In this document: positions 37,311-46,245 of the stretch, in pieces
Layout of the letters: every line of letters begins with the position of its first letter
Numbering within the stretch: position 1 is the stretch's first letter
Source of the DNA: Escherichia phage S143_2
Length of the DNA stretch: 64,000 nucleotides
Strand: one strand, 5' to 3'
Sequence record: MZ189261.1
Position numbers and translations under genes: made by a program
Notes under the pieces: model-generated
What the model saw: the letters and a program-made list of their open reading frames with translations, nothing else
Database searches by the model: none
What the model was told of the DNA's origin: nothing

Positions 37311-37583
37311 TTAGCAAGTGTGAGAAGATGCGATCCAACCACCAGTTTCGAGGCTTAGGTTGTAGTCGTATTGGTAAACGTCGGCCCATTCAGCATAGCC
37401 GTTTTTTGTACAACGTTCAAGGTCGGCTTTAAGCTGTCCGGGTGAATGATATGTTCCACCCATACCATAAGCTGGATACAAGTCGAATGTTGTGTTTTGT
37501 TTATCAGCAATTTCTTTGGCAGCCTCAATAGCTGCATAGATTTTTGCTACAGCTTCAGCCAATTCGGTTTGTTCTTTAGACAT
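37311..37583 (-). CDS. small protein ending W-I-ASSHTC (paralog B)
   Basis: 90 aa; shares N-terminal helix and YG.G.TY core with 37593..37898. Confidence 0.5.
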   Translation of the reverse strand: MSKEQTELAEAVAKIYAAIEAAKEIADKQNTTFDLYPAYGMGGTYHSPGQLKADLERCTKNGYAEWADVYQYDYNLSLETGGWIASSHTC

Positions 37584-37592
37584 AGTGATTCC

Positions 37593-37898
37593 TTAGCACA
37601 ACGCAGAAGACGAAACCCAAGCACCTTCAGTAATAACGTAACCGTTACCTTCACGCTTAACATCGCCACCATTATTTTCAATTTCATCTTTCATCCACTG
37701 GGATACGATTTCACCCTTAGGATAATAAGTACGACCGCTACCATAATCACCTACAGAAAATGATACGGCATATTGGTCTGCGATCTTTGTTGCTTCTTCT
37801 TCGATACGTTCAGCTTGATTCAGAAGTTTATAAATTGCGTCTGAAGCGGATTTGGCATCATTAAACTCTGGTACTTTAATTTCAATAATCTTACTCAT
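37593..37898 (-). CDS. small protein ending W-V-SSSALC (paralog A)
   Basis: 101 aa; C-terminus EGAWVSSSALC. Confidence 0.5.
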   Translation of the reverse strand: MSKIIEIKVPEFNDAKSASDAIYKLLNQAERIEEEATKIADQYAVSFSVGDYGSGRTYYPKGEIVSQWMKDEIENNGGDVKREGNGYVITEGAWVSSSALC

Positions 37899-38254
37899 TT
37901 TCTACATTCCTTAATAAAGTTTTCGATTGTTTCATTTTCACGTCTAGCTAGGAGTTCATTATAACTAATCATTTGAGAAGCGTAAACCTTTTTATTTTTC
38001 TTGTTATGGTTTATAAAGTCGTAGTAAAAATAGACTACAGTACAAAAGGATGCGATGGATGCAAAGGCTTGGGTATACCGTAAGTCCTGCCATTGGTCTG
38101 TGAATCCACCAGTGTTCCCTATAAATCCTAACACAACGCCGTCAATAAGAAATCCAACTAATCCAAAGGCAAATCCCATGCCAATACTCATAATAAAAAT
38201 TAGAATGTTCTCACCAAGAGAAGGCCATACGGTTAAGAGTTGAGGCTTTTGCAT
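37895..38254 (-). CDS. membrane protein with C-terminal ENFIKECR motif
   Basis: 119 aa; multiple TM helices; C-terminus ...TIENFIKECRK. Confidence 0.5.
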   Translation of the reverse strand: MQKPQLLTVWPSLGENILIFIMSIGMGFAFGLVGFLIDGVVLGFIGNTGGFTDQWQDLRYTQAFASIASFCTVVYFYYDFINHNKKNKKVYASQMISYNELLARRENETIENFIKECRK

Positions 38255-38658
38255 CTTATTTCCTTAACGAATTCCATAGCTTCTTCATATTCATACTTTT
38301 TAACAGCTTCATCATACTGAGCTTGGGCTTTTGCGCACTGAACTTTCCATTCTCTTAATCGGGCTCTGTGATGACGGCCTTGGTGCCAATATCCTGCCCA
38401 ATTAATAGGCATTAATAAAAACGGTACAATAAGTGGTGCGACGAACATTAATGAAAACGCTGCATCAGACGATATAACTTTATTGGAATCTAAAACAGCT
38501 CCTATAATCATAAAGATTAAAAACGCTAAAGCTAAAATAGGGCCAAATAGTACTTCATTTGGGATTAATTTACGCTTGTATTCATACGCCCAGGGCTTAC
38601 TTGGCATGTATAGGGTTGGCTTTGACATATTCTCTACATTCCATAATAAATTGCTCAA
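38233..38658 (-). CDS. membrane protein with variant C-terminal motif (EFVKEIRC)
   Basis: 141 aa; two TM helices. Confidence 0.5.
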   Translation of the reverse strand: MSNLLWNVENMSKPTLYMPSKPWAYEYKRKLIPNEVLFGPILALAFLIFMIIGAVLDSNKVISSDAAFSLMFVAPLIVPFLLMPINWAGYWHQGRHHRARLREWKVQCAKAQAQYDEAVKKYEYEEAMEFVKEIRCKSLNS

Positions 38659-39214
38659 GGATTAAATTGTTAGTGAAATTAGGACTAACAACCATGGTTT
38701 CATAAAGCGCATCAATAGCACTTAAAGCATCAACTCTTTTAAGCAAAGGCTTGCCTTCATACATAGTTTCAGAATCGACGATTAAAGTGAAGTAGTATTT
38801 TTTATTATTGACCAGAACTTCTGTATCAATATAAAACATGTTAGACCTTAAAAGCTTGTCTCTAAAGCCTATGTAATCATCTGAACGTTCACTGATATAG
38901 TCCCATTCAGTGTTTAAACAACAAACAGACCACGTAGGAGCAACGAAATCAGTGAATCTAATATCATGGTCTGCAACTAGTTTAGCAATAGCTCCGATAT
39001 CATGAATCATAATACCTGGGGCTAATAAAGATTTTCGGTTATTTGCATATTCAGTTGTCTCATAAGAAGACGACCAGTACCATTTACGTCCAGTTGCAAC
39101 ATATCGTAATGAATCAACTAAAGACGTAGGTGGATTTACCTTATCTCGGAACTCTTCGAACATTGAGTCAATATCATTATTTTGGTTTCGCATGTTAACT
39201 CCTTTATTATCCAA
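38597..39214 (-). CDS. hypothetical protein with EQFIMECR motif near C-terminus (start uncertain)
   Basis: track ORF overlaps upstream gene; probable start MRNQNNDIDS. Confidence 0.4.
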   Translation of the reverse strand: MDNKGVNMRNQNNDIDSMFEEFRDKVNPPTSLVDSLRYVATGRKWYWSSSYETTEYANNRKSLLAPGIMIHDIGAIAKLVADHDIRFTDFVAPTWSVCCLNTEWDYISERSDDYIGFRDKLLRSNMFYIDTEVLVNNKKYYFTLIVDSETMYEGKPLLKRVDALSAIDALYETMVVSPNFTNNLILEQFIMECREYVKANPIHAK

Positions 39215-39242
39215 AAGGAGGACCGGAGTCCTCCGTATTATT

Positions 39243-39836
39243 TTATTTCAAAGAGTTAATATATTCTTGTACATCAGCAGAAGTGGTTTCGACACCAGCT
39301 GGAGTACCATTGAACGTTTCAACACGAGTCAGAGTGTCTTCGATATCAACCTTAGTCAGTGCAGCGATTTCAATTACATCATCAGCCGTAGAGATACCAA
39401 GGGCATTAGCTGCTCGAGTTTCACGAATGTATTCGAGTTTGATTGCCAGATTCTGACGAGCATCGTCAAGTTCAACAACCTTACGAGCAATTTCAATTCG
39501 CATAGCGGCATACCCGTCAGCTTTTGTATTAAGTTGTTCGGCAGTTCGACGATACAGAAGACCAAGCTTGGCATGCATGGTAACATCTTGTCCTTCAGCC
39601 AGGAGCTTACGAATTTCACGTTCCTTAGAAGCGGCTTGCTTATTCTTTTCAATAACAAGTTCGCGAATACGTTTTTCTTCATTAATAGATTTAACAGAAG
39701 CCGTTTTTAGTTCTTTGATTTGGGTAATCAACTTATCTGCAGCTGCGTTATACTGTTCTTCGACAGTCAGATTTTTAGCCATAGCAGTACCCAGTTTAGT
39801 GCGGATGAATTCAACAAGTTTCTTCAGTGTGTTCAT
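39243..39836 (-). CDS. coiled-coil protein, possibly PspA/IM30-like (tentative)
   Basis: 197 aa from ATG 39836; long amphipathic coiled coil; weak resemblance to PspA family. Confidence 0.35.
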   Translation of the reverse strand: MNTLKKLVEFIRTKLGTAMAKNLTVEEQYNAAADKLITQIKELKTASVKSINEEKRIRELVIEKNKQAASKEREIRKLLAEGQDVTMHAKLGLLYRRTAEQLNTKADGYAAMRIEIARKVVELDDARQNLAIKLEYIRETRAANALGISTADDVIEIAALTKVDIEDTLTRVETFNGTPAGVETTSADVQEYINSLK

Positions 39837-39871
39837 ATTATTACCTTTCAATTGGTGGTTTATTATCCAAC

Positions 39872-39906
39872 GAGAGCATTATACTCTGCTCTCAAGAGTT
39901 TGTAAA
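39872..39906 (-). promoter_or_regulatory. sigma70-type early promoter with palindrome flanking -10 (module family B)
   Basis: minus strand TTTACA-aactcttGAGAGCagag-TATAAT-GCTCTCgttggataataaa; paralog of 9275-9310. Confidence 0.55.
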
Positions 39907-40134
39907 TTATTTTTTAATCAAATTGACATAAAACTCGGCGTCTTCCGGGTGCATGCCTTCGCAGTATTCTTCAACCATGAACTTCTTAACAGCTTCATAA
40001 GGACCACTCAGATTAAGCTCAGTTGTCCAGAACTTGGAATCTTGGACTGAATCGATACGAACTTCAGGGTGTCGGTTGCGAATAACTTCTTCGGTGTATT
40101 CATAATCAACGACATCAATACTAACTTTAGCCAT
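39907..40134 (-). CDS. hypothetical acidic protein
   Basis: 75-aa ORF. Confidence 0.4.
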   Translation of the reverse strand: MAKVSIDVVDYEYTEEVIRNRHPEVRIDSVQDSKFWTTELNLSGPYEAVKKFMVEEYCEGMHPEDAEFYVNLIKK

Positions 40135-40180
40135 TTTATTTTCCTCTTGATTTGATGTGATTACTATAACATAAACTTAC

Positions 40181-40345
40181 TTAGATGTAAATTATTTCAA
40201 CGTCACCTTTAGCTGCTTTATAACCTTCAGCCCAAGATACAACAGAGTTTTTATCCGAGGATTCAAATTCAGGCATTGGACTTTCACCAATATTCACACA
40301 GTATGTTTCTTCATTTTCGTCAAACCAAATAATTAAAGTAGTCAT
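40181..40345 (-). CDS. hypothetical small protein (54 aa)
   Basis: ATG at 40345; MTTLIIWFDENEETYCVNIGESPMPEF...; below track cutoff. Confidence 0.3.
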   Translation of the reverse strand: MTTLIIWFDENEETYCVNIGESPMPEFESSDKNSVVSWAEGYKAAKGDVEIIYI

Positions 40346-40412
40346 TTTGTTTACTCCACTGTAGTTGATAAGTCTATAGTATCACCATCCTTGGTGCTTG
40401 TACATCATTATT

Positions 40413-40718
40413 TTATTTTTTCCAACTTAACAACTTGTAGTGTCCTTCATTCATACGTGGTTTATCCCAAGAAATACTAATATACGATTCACTGTCAATA
40501 GAAGTCGCCGGGTTTTTCTCTACCGTAAGACCTTCACTTTCCAGCCATTCAATAGTATTTGCGCATAAATCTGAAGAACACCTCATCGGAAACCGGCAAG
40601 ATTTTTCACCTTTAGCTGCAGTGTTATACATCTTTTCTAAAATACGCTTTTGCACGTTTTTAAAAATAGTTTCAGCAGATTCTTCAGATTTTTTATTCAG
40701 TTCGGTATAAAGACTCAT
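40413..40718 (-). CDS. hypothetical protein
   Basis: 101-aa ORF. Confidence 0.45.
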   Translation of the reverse strand: MSLYTELNKKSEESAETIFKNVQKRILEKMYNTAAKGEKSCRFPMRCSSDLCANTIEWLESEGLTVEKNPATSIDSESYISISWDKPRMNEGHYKLLSWKK

Positions 40719-40804
40719 AACATTTTCCTCATGTTTTTATAGGTCTATAGTAACACATCTAGGGAAGAAGTAAACAACTTTTTCAGTAAGTTATAGACCC
40801 CCTA

Positions 40805-40824
40805 ATGGGGACCGAAGTCCCCAT
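40805..40824 (-). other. stable stem-loop with UUCG tetraloop (AUGGGGAC-UUCG-GUCCCCAU)
   Basis: perfect 8-bp stem 4 nt after stop of 40828..41454. Confidence 0.45.
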
Positions 40825-40827
40825 TCT

Positions 40828-41454
40828 TTACTTACGAGTTTTTGCATACTGAGCAGCGTCAGCAGCCAAACGACCTGCCTGACGAAGTTTTTCTTTAATC
40901 GCATCGTGAAGTGGTTGAGTATACTTCAAACCTTCGATAGTCAAATAAAGACGATAAAGGTCTGGGGTGTCAAGGTTGTTGATATGTTGGCCATTACGAA
41001 GAATATTGAATTCACGAACGAGTGAAGATGTATCAGATTCAATATCACGAACAAGCGAAGATAGTTGTTTATATTTTTTTTCCAGGCTAGAAGTATCAAA
41101 CTTAAGAGCAGGAGCTTTAGGAGTTGCTTTTACTTCCGGCTTAGGCTCAGGTTTTGCTACTGCTTTAGGGGTCGCAGGTTTAGGAGTGGTAGGAGCAGGT
41201 TTCACTTTAGGCGAACCCGATTTAGCAGAAACACCACCACTAACAATATCTTTGAATGCTTTAGAAGCTCTGTAATATTCTTTTTGGCTGGAAGTGTCGA
41301 TACCGTACATGGCTTGAACGTTTTTGAAAAACTCTGTACTAGTTTTTGTACCAGAAATAGCATCGTAAGCAGCTTGCCATTTCTCTTTTGTCATACGTAC
41401 ACCGGCTTCGGTGATTACTTCCGTTTCGGCTAAAAATTCATTAAAAGTATACAT
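40828..41454 (-). CDS. Pro/Lys-rich protein with degenerate CTS-like leader
   Basis: 208 aa; N-terminus MYTFNEFLAE resembles CTS; central PKPATPKAVAKPEPKPEVKATPKAP low-complexity linker. Confidence 0.5.
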   Translation of the reverse strand: MYTFNEFLAETEVITEAGVRMTKEKWQAAYDAISGTKTSTEFFKNVQAMYGIDTSSQKEYYRASKAFKDIVSGGVSAKSGSPKVKPAPTTPKPATPKAVAKPEPKPEVKATPKAPALKFDTSSLEKKYKQLSSLVRDIESDTSSLVREFNILRNGQHINNLDTPDLYRLYLTIEGLKYTQPLHDAIKEKLRQAGRLAADAAQYAKTRK

Positions 41455-41498
41455 TGATGGTCCTTAGAAAGTAGGTTTATTGTTTACTATATTTATAC

Positions 41499-41526
41499 AA
41501 AAAAGCCCCAACCTTTCGGAAGGGGC
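41499..41526 (-). terminator. rho-independent terminator (minus strand)
   Basis: interrupted GC-rich hairpin (GCCCC..CC-uuuc-GG..GGGGC) followed by U6 on minus strand. Confidence 0.55.
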
Positions 41527-41829
41527 TATATACCTTGTCGGGGTTCCACCTACTAAGGCAAGTGTTTGTACGAAACGCCGGGGTTCGAACCCGGTTATTA
41601 AGCAGTTGACGCTACTCAATATTTTTAAAAGGCCATATCTCGACCATATCCGAACGTTCCGTCAAAAACGCTACTCGGCTTACGGCAAAGATATTTCCTC
41701 GAATCGATAATTCGGTGCGCCGTTTCTGCTGTGGTGTAAGGGGATATTAACAAATCGTAAAGATTTATTAAGACCAGTCCTTACTCAGGGAACATCAGTC
41801 CGACGACTTACCGGTAGCGACCCGGCTTC

Positions 41830-42174
41830 TTATTTTGGCATATCATCAATTTGCTCTCGACGCCGACGCCATAGATTAATCGCTTCATTAACACATTCGG
41901 CGTTTGGTATATGACGGCAATAATATAATGATTCGCGTTTCTGGAACCGATGTTGCAATGGGATTTCGTTTAAAAGGTCTTTACGGTCAAAGTATTCAAA
42001 ACTAGTTAACCCGGAACGGTTTTTAATGAACTTCCAATGACCGAATTCATTTTGAACATAGATGTAATCTGCGTGTTGGTATAACAAATTAATCAATCGG
42101 TCTGAAATAACTGTATCATGTTCGTTAAAATAAAACGTTAAATCATGAACTACTAAGTAAACATTACCTTTCAT
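41830..42174 (-). CDS. hypothetical protein (start corrected to ATG 42174)
   Basis: 115 aa from MKGNVYLVVHD...; track start 42222 would overlap tRNA-Arg. Confidence 0.45.
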   Translation of the reverse strand: MKGNVYLVVHDLTFYFNEHDTVISDRLINLLYQHADYIYVQNEFGHWKFIKNRSGLTSFEYFDRKDLLNEIPLQHRFQKRESLYYCRHIPNAECVNEAINLWRRRREQIDDMPK

Positions 42175-42192
42175 ATTTTCCTCACTTAAAGT

Positions 42193-42269
<77 letters not shown>

Positions 42270-42273
42270 TATT

Positions 42274-42348
42274 TGGCGGACGTGATAGGATTCGAACCTA
42301 TAACCAATCGCTTAACAGGCGATCGCTCTGCCATTGAGCTACACATCC
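42274..42348 (-). tRNA. tRNA-Asn (anticodon GUU)
   Basis: 75-nt cloverleaf; anticodon stem ATCGC/GCGAT, loop CUGUUAA; T-arm GGTTCGAATCC; encoded CCA. Confidence 0.8.
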
Positions 42349-42352
42349 AAAT

Positions 42353-42439
42353 TGGTGGGGAGTGATGGAGTCGAACCACCCGAGTCGCAATGACAATGGA
42401 TTTACAGTCCACACCGCTACCTCTACGGGATAACTCCCC
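42353..42439 (-). tRNA. tRNA-Tyr (anticodon GUA)
   Basis: 87 nt with long variable arm; anticodon loop CUGUAAA; acceptor GGGGAGT/ACTCCCC; encoded CCA. Confidence 0.75.
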
Positions 42440-42451
42440 TAATTCATAATT

Positions 42452-42526
42452 TGGTGGCCCTGGGTGGAATTGAACCACCATCTGGCGATTATGAGTCGCT
42501 TGCTTGAACCTTCCAGCTACAGGGCC
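42452..42526 (-). tRNA. tRNA with CAU anticodon (Met or Ile2)
   Basis: 75-nt cloverleaf; anticodon loop CUCAUAA; position after Thr corresponds to T4 tRNA-Ile. Confidence 0.75.
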
Positions 42527-42527
42527 T

Positions 42528-42604
42528 TGGTGCTGATTGACGGAATCGAACCGCCGACCTTCTCATTACAAGTGAGTTGCTCTACCTACTGAGCTAAATC
42601 AGCA
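42528..42604 (-). tRNA. tRNA-Thr (anticodon UGU)
   Basis: 77-nt cloverleaf; anticodon loop CUUGUAA; T-arm GGTTCGATTCC. Confidence 0.8.
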
Positions 42605-42608
42605 AAAC

Positions 42609-42698
42609 TGGCGGAGGCGATAGGATTTGAACCTATGAGTCGCCGGAGCGACTGCCGGTTTTCAAGACCGGTGCATTAAACCACTCTGCCACGCCTCC
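42609..42698 (-). tRNA. tRNA-Ser (anticodon UGA)
   Basis: 90 nt with long variable arm; anticodon loop CUUGAAA; acceptor GGAGGCG/CGCCTCC. Confidence 0.8.
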
Positions 42699-42700
42699 AG

Positions 42701-42774
42701 TCTCCATACAAGGATTTGAACCTTGGGCCTCCTGATCCCAAATCAGGCGCTCTACCAAACTGAGCTACACGGAG
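42701..42774 (-). tRNA. tRNA-Pro (anticodon UGG)
   Basis: 74 nt; anticodon loop UUUGGGA; T-arm GGTTCAAATCC; CCA not encoded. Confidence 0.75.
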
Positions 42775-42784
42775 TAAATTAAAT

Positions 42785-42858
<74 letters not shown>

Positions 42859-42863
42859 AAATT

Positions 42864-42950
42864 TGGTGCGAGAAGTGGGACTCGAACCCACAAGGAAATC
42901 ATTCCGCAGCATTTTAAGTGCTGTGCCTTTACCAATTTGGCCATTCTCGC
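42864..42950 (-). tRNA. tRNA-Leu (anticodon UAA)
   Basis: 87 nt with long variable arm; anticodon loop CUUAAAA. Confidence 0.8.
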
Positions 42951-42951
42951 G

Positions 42952-43024
42952 CTGGGAATAAAGGACTCGAACCTTTGCATCCTGGAATCAAAATCCAGTG
43001 CCTTACCAACTTGGCTAATTCCCA
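42952..43024 (-). tRNA. tRNA-Gln (anticodon UUG)
   Basis: 73 nt; anticodon loop UUUUGAU; T-arm GGTTCGAGTCC; CCA not encoded. Confidence 0.75.
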
Positions 43025-43121
43025 ATTATTAACAAAGGCTCTCTAACAAGAACCCTTGATGATAGAGGGTATTAATCAGTGCGATATGAGTTAATAATAA
43101 CAAATAATTCTTAAAGCATAT

Positions 43122-43415
43122 TTACCATTTATGATAATACATATTTACGATGCAGTCAAGACCCAAAGGATTCTTGAAAATATCATATTCAAGAGGACCT
43201 TTTTCCGTTTCAATAAAGAAATCAAAATTTACTGTATTAAATTTACGGTCTTCCTTCACTAATTTAACTTGAGAAGATGAACGGTCAATGTAAACCTTTT
43301 CAACTTCAAAACATGTTAAAATGCCATAATCATCAATCAAGGCTTTAGCCGCGTCTTGATCATATTTATATCCATTTTCAATAGACGATACTTTAGCATA
43401 AAGAATCATTATCAA
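43122..43415 (-). CDS. hypothetical protein
   Basis: 97-aa ORF upstream of tRNA cluster. Confidence 0.45.
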   Translation of the reverse strand: MIMILYAKVSSIENGYKYDQDAAKALIDDYGILTCFEVEKVYIDRSSSQVKLVKEDRKFNTVNFDFFIETEKGPLEYDIFKNPLGLDCIVNMYYHKW

Positions 43416-43810
43416 CCTTCATCAACAATAGTATGAGTATGAGCATTTACAATTTGCCACCAATCAAAGCGATTAGAACCATACATCAGGTTGTTCTCAT
43501 TTTCTTTGATAATGTCACGGAGTTCATCTTCAGTAGCGGCTTTCGCTATTAAATCAGCATATCCACCGCGAGGATAATAATTATCACCTGCAAAAAGTAA
43601 AAAGTTCGGTTTAATATTATTGAACTCTTCAAGAGTAATAACTTTTCCTGTCGGTTGAACAATCTCTACATATTTATATCCTAATTTTTGAGCAGCATCT
43701 ACTGCTTCAAGCAAAGTATCATGAGCCCATCCAATTTGACAACCTGGCTTTTCAGATGGATTAGCCTGATAATCCGCGTACACTTTATACATTCTATTCA
43801 CCTTTTGCAA
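43412..43810 (-). CDS. hypothetical protein
   Basis: 132-aa ORF. Confidence 0.45.
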   Translation of the reverse strand: MQKVNRMYKVYADYQANPSEKPGCQIGWAHDTLLEAVDAAQKLGYKYVEIVQPTGKVITLEEFNNIKPNFLLFAGDNYYPRGGYADLIAKAATEDELRDIIKENENNLMYGSNRFDWWQIVNAHTHTIVDEG

Positions 43811-43979
43811 TTTTATCCATAACGATAGCGATTAAGCCGATTAGAAATGCTACTACCAATGAGATAGAATTTTCGGTTGTTGTCAGTAGTCCACAAATGA
43901 ATCCTACAAACATCGAAAAACTAAAAGCCATTGAAGCAATTACTACAGCAACATTACGAATCAGTTCAGCGCGTTTCAT
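43794..43979 (-). CDS. small membrane protein
   Basis: 61 aa, two hydrophobic helices. Confidence 0.45.
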   Translation of the reverse strand: MKRAELIRNVAVVIASMAFSFSMFVGFICGLLTTTENSISLVVAFLIGLIAIVMDKIAKGE

Positions 43980-44048
43980 TTTATTCTCCTCGGTAGTTGA
44001 TAGGGTAATAGTATCACTACCCTATCTAAAAGTAAACGGTTTTATAAA

Positions 44049-44357
44049 CTATTTTATTCCGCGTGATGCAATCGTATTCTGCCGTTTAACGCCAGTTTGT
44101 TTAAAGTTATGATTGTCAAGTTGATCGGTACGAGCAACTCCGAATGATGATTTAATCTTAGCTTTAGATCCTTTAGTTATAGAAATAAACATCTCGGGAG
44201 CCCCTTTCTTAAAGTCCGAAGCAATTACTTCAACACCGTTCTTAGCAAGTGACCTCAGAATTGCTTCCGCGTACTCATCATCAAGACCCGCTTGAGTATG
44301 AATAACGAATGTCTTTGGTGCAGCCGCTTCATTGATAAATTCTTTATAGGTTTTCAT
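44049..44357 (-). CDS. internal protein (CTS-bearing), IPI-locus
   Basis: 102 aa; MKTYKEFINE leader; early promoter module upstream. Confidence 0.6.
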   Translation of the reverse strand: MKTYKEFINEAAAPKTFVIHTQAGLDDEYAEAILRSLAKNGVEVIASDFKKGAPEMFISITKGSKAKIKSSFGVARTDQLDNHNFKQTGVKRQNTIASRGIK

Positions 44358-44417
44358 TTTATTTTCCTAATTAATTTTGATGAGATAATAATACCACAAC
44401 CCTATTTAAAAGTAAAC

Positions 44418-44690
44418 TCATTTTAAATAAATTGCGTATTTTTTATAACCCGCCGACTCATGACGAAGACCCTTATCATTAGCAAAACGCTCAATGTTGT
44501 TAATTTGATTCTGGTCAAGTTCAGAGATGTCAAACACGAAAAAGTTACGTTTGTTACCAACTGTTACATAGTCAGTTAAATCAATATCATATAGGTAATT
44601 GATGTCAGCAATCAAAGTCTTGACAGCTTTGCTAATTTTTACTTTTTCGTTAAAAGTAGCTTCATTGATAAATTCTTTATAGGTTTTCAT
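44418..44690 (-). CDS. internal protein (CTS-bearing), IPI-locus
   Basis: 90 aa; MKTYKEFINE leader. Confidence 0.6.
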   Translation of the reverse strand: MKTYKEFINEATFNEKVKISKAVKTLIADINYLYDIDLTDYVTVGNKRNFFVFDISELDQNQINNIERFANDKGLRHESAGYKKYAIYLK

Positions 44691-44704
44691 TTTATTTACT
44701 TGAG

Positions 44705-44754
44705 GTCGTTTATTTGATAGGACTACTATAACATAGTCCTACAGGTGTGTAAAC
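44705..44754 (-). promoter_or_regulatory. early promoter plus stem-loop module (family C)
   Basis: minus strand GTTTAC-acacctgTAGGACTatgt-TATAGT-AGTCCTATCAAATAAAC. Confidence 0.5.
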
Positions 44755-44767
44755 TGTTTTGTAAAAA

Positions 44768-45453
<686 letters not shown>

Positions 45454-45457
45454 TTTA

Positions 45458-46192
45458 TTACCTTAAGATTGTTTCAATTTTAGAATAAAGCTCTTCTAAA
45501 GAGCCGTCGTTTGTAATAACTAAATCGCCTTCTTCAATAGGCAACCCAGCTTCTGTAATATGTTTATCGGTGGATTCCGTACCAGAGCGAACCACATGAA
45601 TAACTGTAGCACCCATCGCTCTAGCGGTTTCCATTTCATGGACTTGGCGGGTATCGGTCACAACGTAGTAATCGAAATCGCTTCCAATATAATCCATATA
45701 GTTTAATGCAAAAAGTTTAACCCAATACATACGGTCAAATAAATTAACGACAACATCCGTACCGAGGGCTTGCATAAGACGGCGGATTGACCATGTGTCG
45801 TTGATATTATTTATAGCTTCGCGCAGGGCTTCATATGGTTTAATATCTAGATACGAATATCCACCTTCTAACGATGATAATACTTTAACATTATTAATTG
45901 GTAAATATTGACTTTGCAAATAAATTAGCGCTTCTTCCAATAATTCAATAACATCCAACTTATTGAGATTTAATGGTGTTTCACGGTCGTATCCAATGCC
46001 TTCAAAGTATTCGTATTTCAACTCTGTGAATACATCAGGATTTTCAGCATGCCTACGTTCCCAGGCTATTGCTAGAGCGTCTTTAATCGGATATGCCAAT
46101 TGATATTTTACTGATTTAAAGTTTGAATTGATGTAATCAGCAGTAGTATCTTTGCCACTACGTTTGATGCCACTTAAAAAGATTAGCTCCAT
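45458..46192 (-). CDS. 1: deoxynucleoside monophosphate kinase gp1
   Basis: 244 aa; P-loop GIKRSGKDT; T4 gp1 is 241 aa. Confidence 0.9.
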   Translation of the reverse strand: MELIFLSGIKRSGKDTTADYINSNFKSVKYQLAYPIKDALAIAWERRHAENPDVFTELKYEYFEGIGYDRETPLNLNKLDVIELLEEALIYLQSQYLPINNVKVLSSLEGGYSYLDIKPYEALREAINNINDTWSIRRLMQALGTDVVVNLFDRMYWVKLFALNYMDYIGSDFDYYVVTDTRQVHEMETARAMGATVIHVVRSGTESTDKHITEAGLPIEEGDLVITNDGSLEELYSKIETILR

Positions 46193-46245
46193 AGGTTTTC
46201 CTCATATAATTTATGAGTGATTATAACATACGGAGCTAGAAGCGA

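Noticed and set aside
39192-40050. Plus-strand ORFs of 172 and 160 aa
   Set aside because: Antisense shadow frames inside minus-strand genes in a block that is otherwise entirely minus-strand; no RBS
41065-41433. Plus-strand Arg/Phe-rich 122-aa ORF
   Set aside because: Antisense to the Pro/Lys-rich gene 40828..41454; the low-complexity coding sequence makes an open reverse frame; no promoter or RBS
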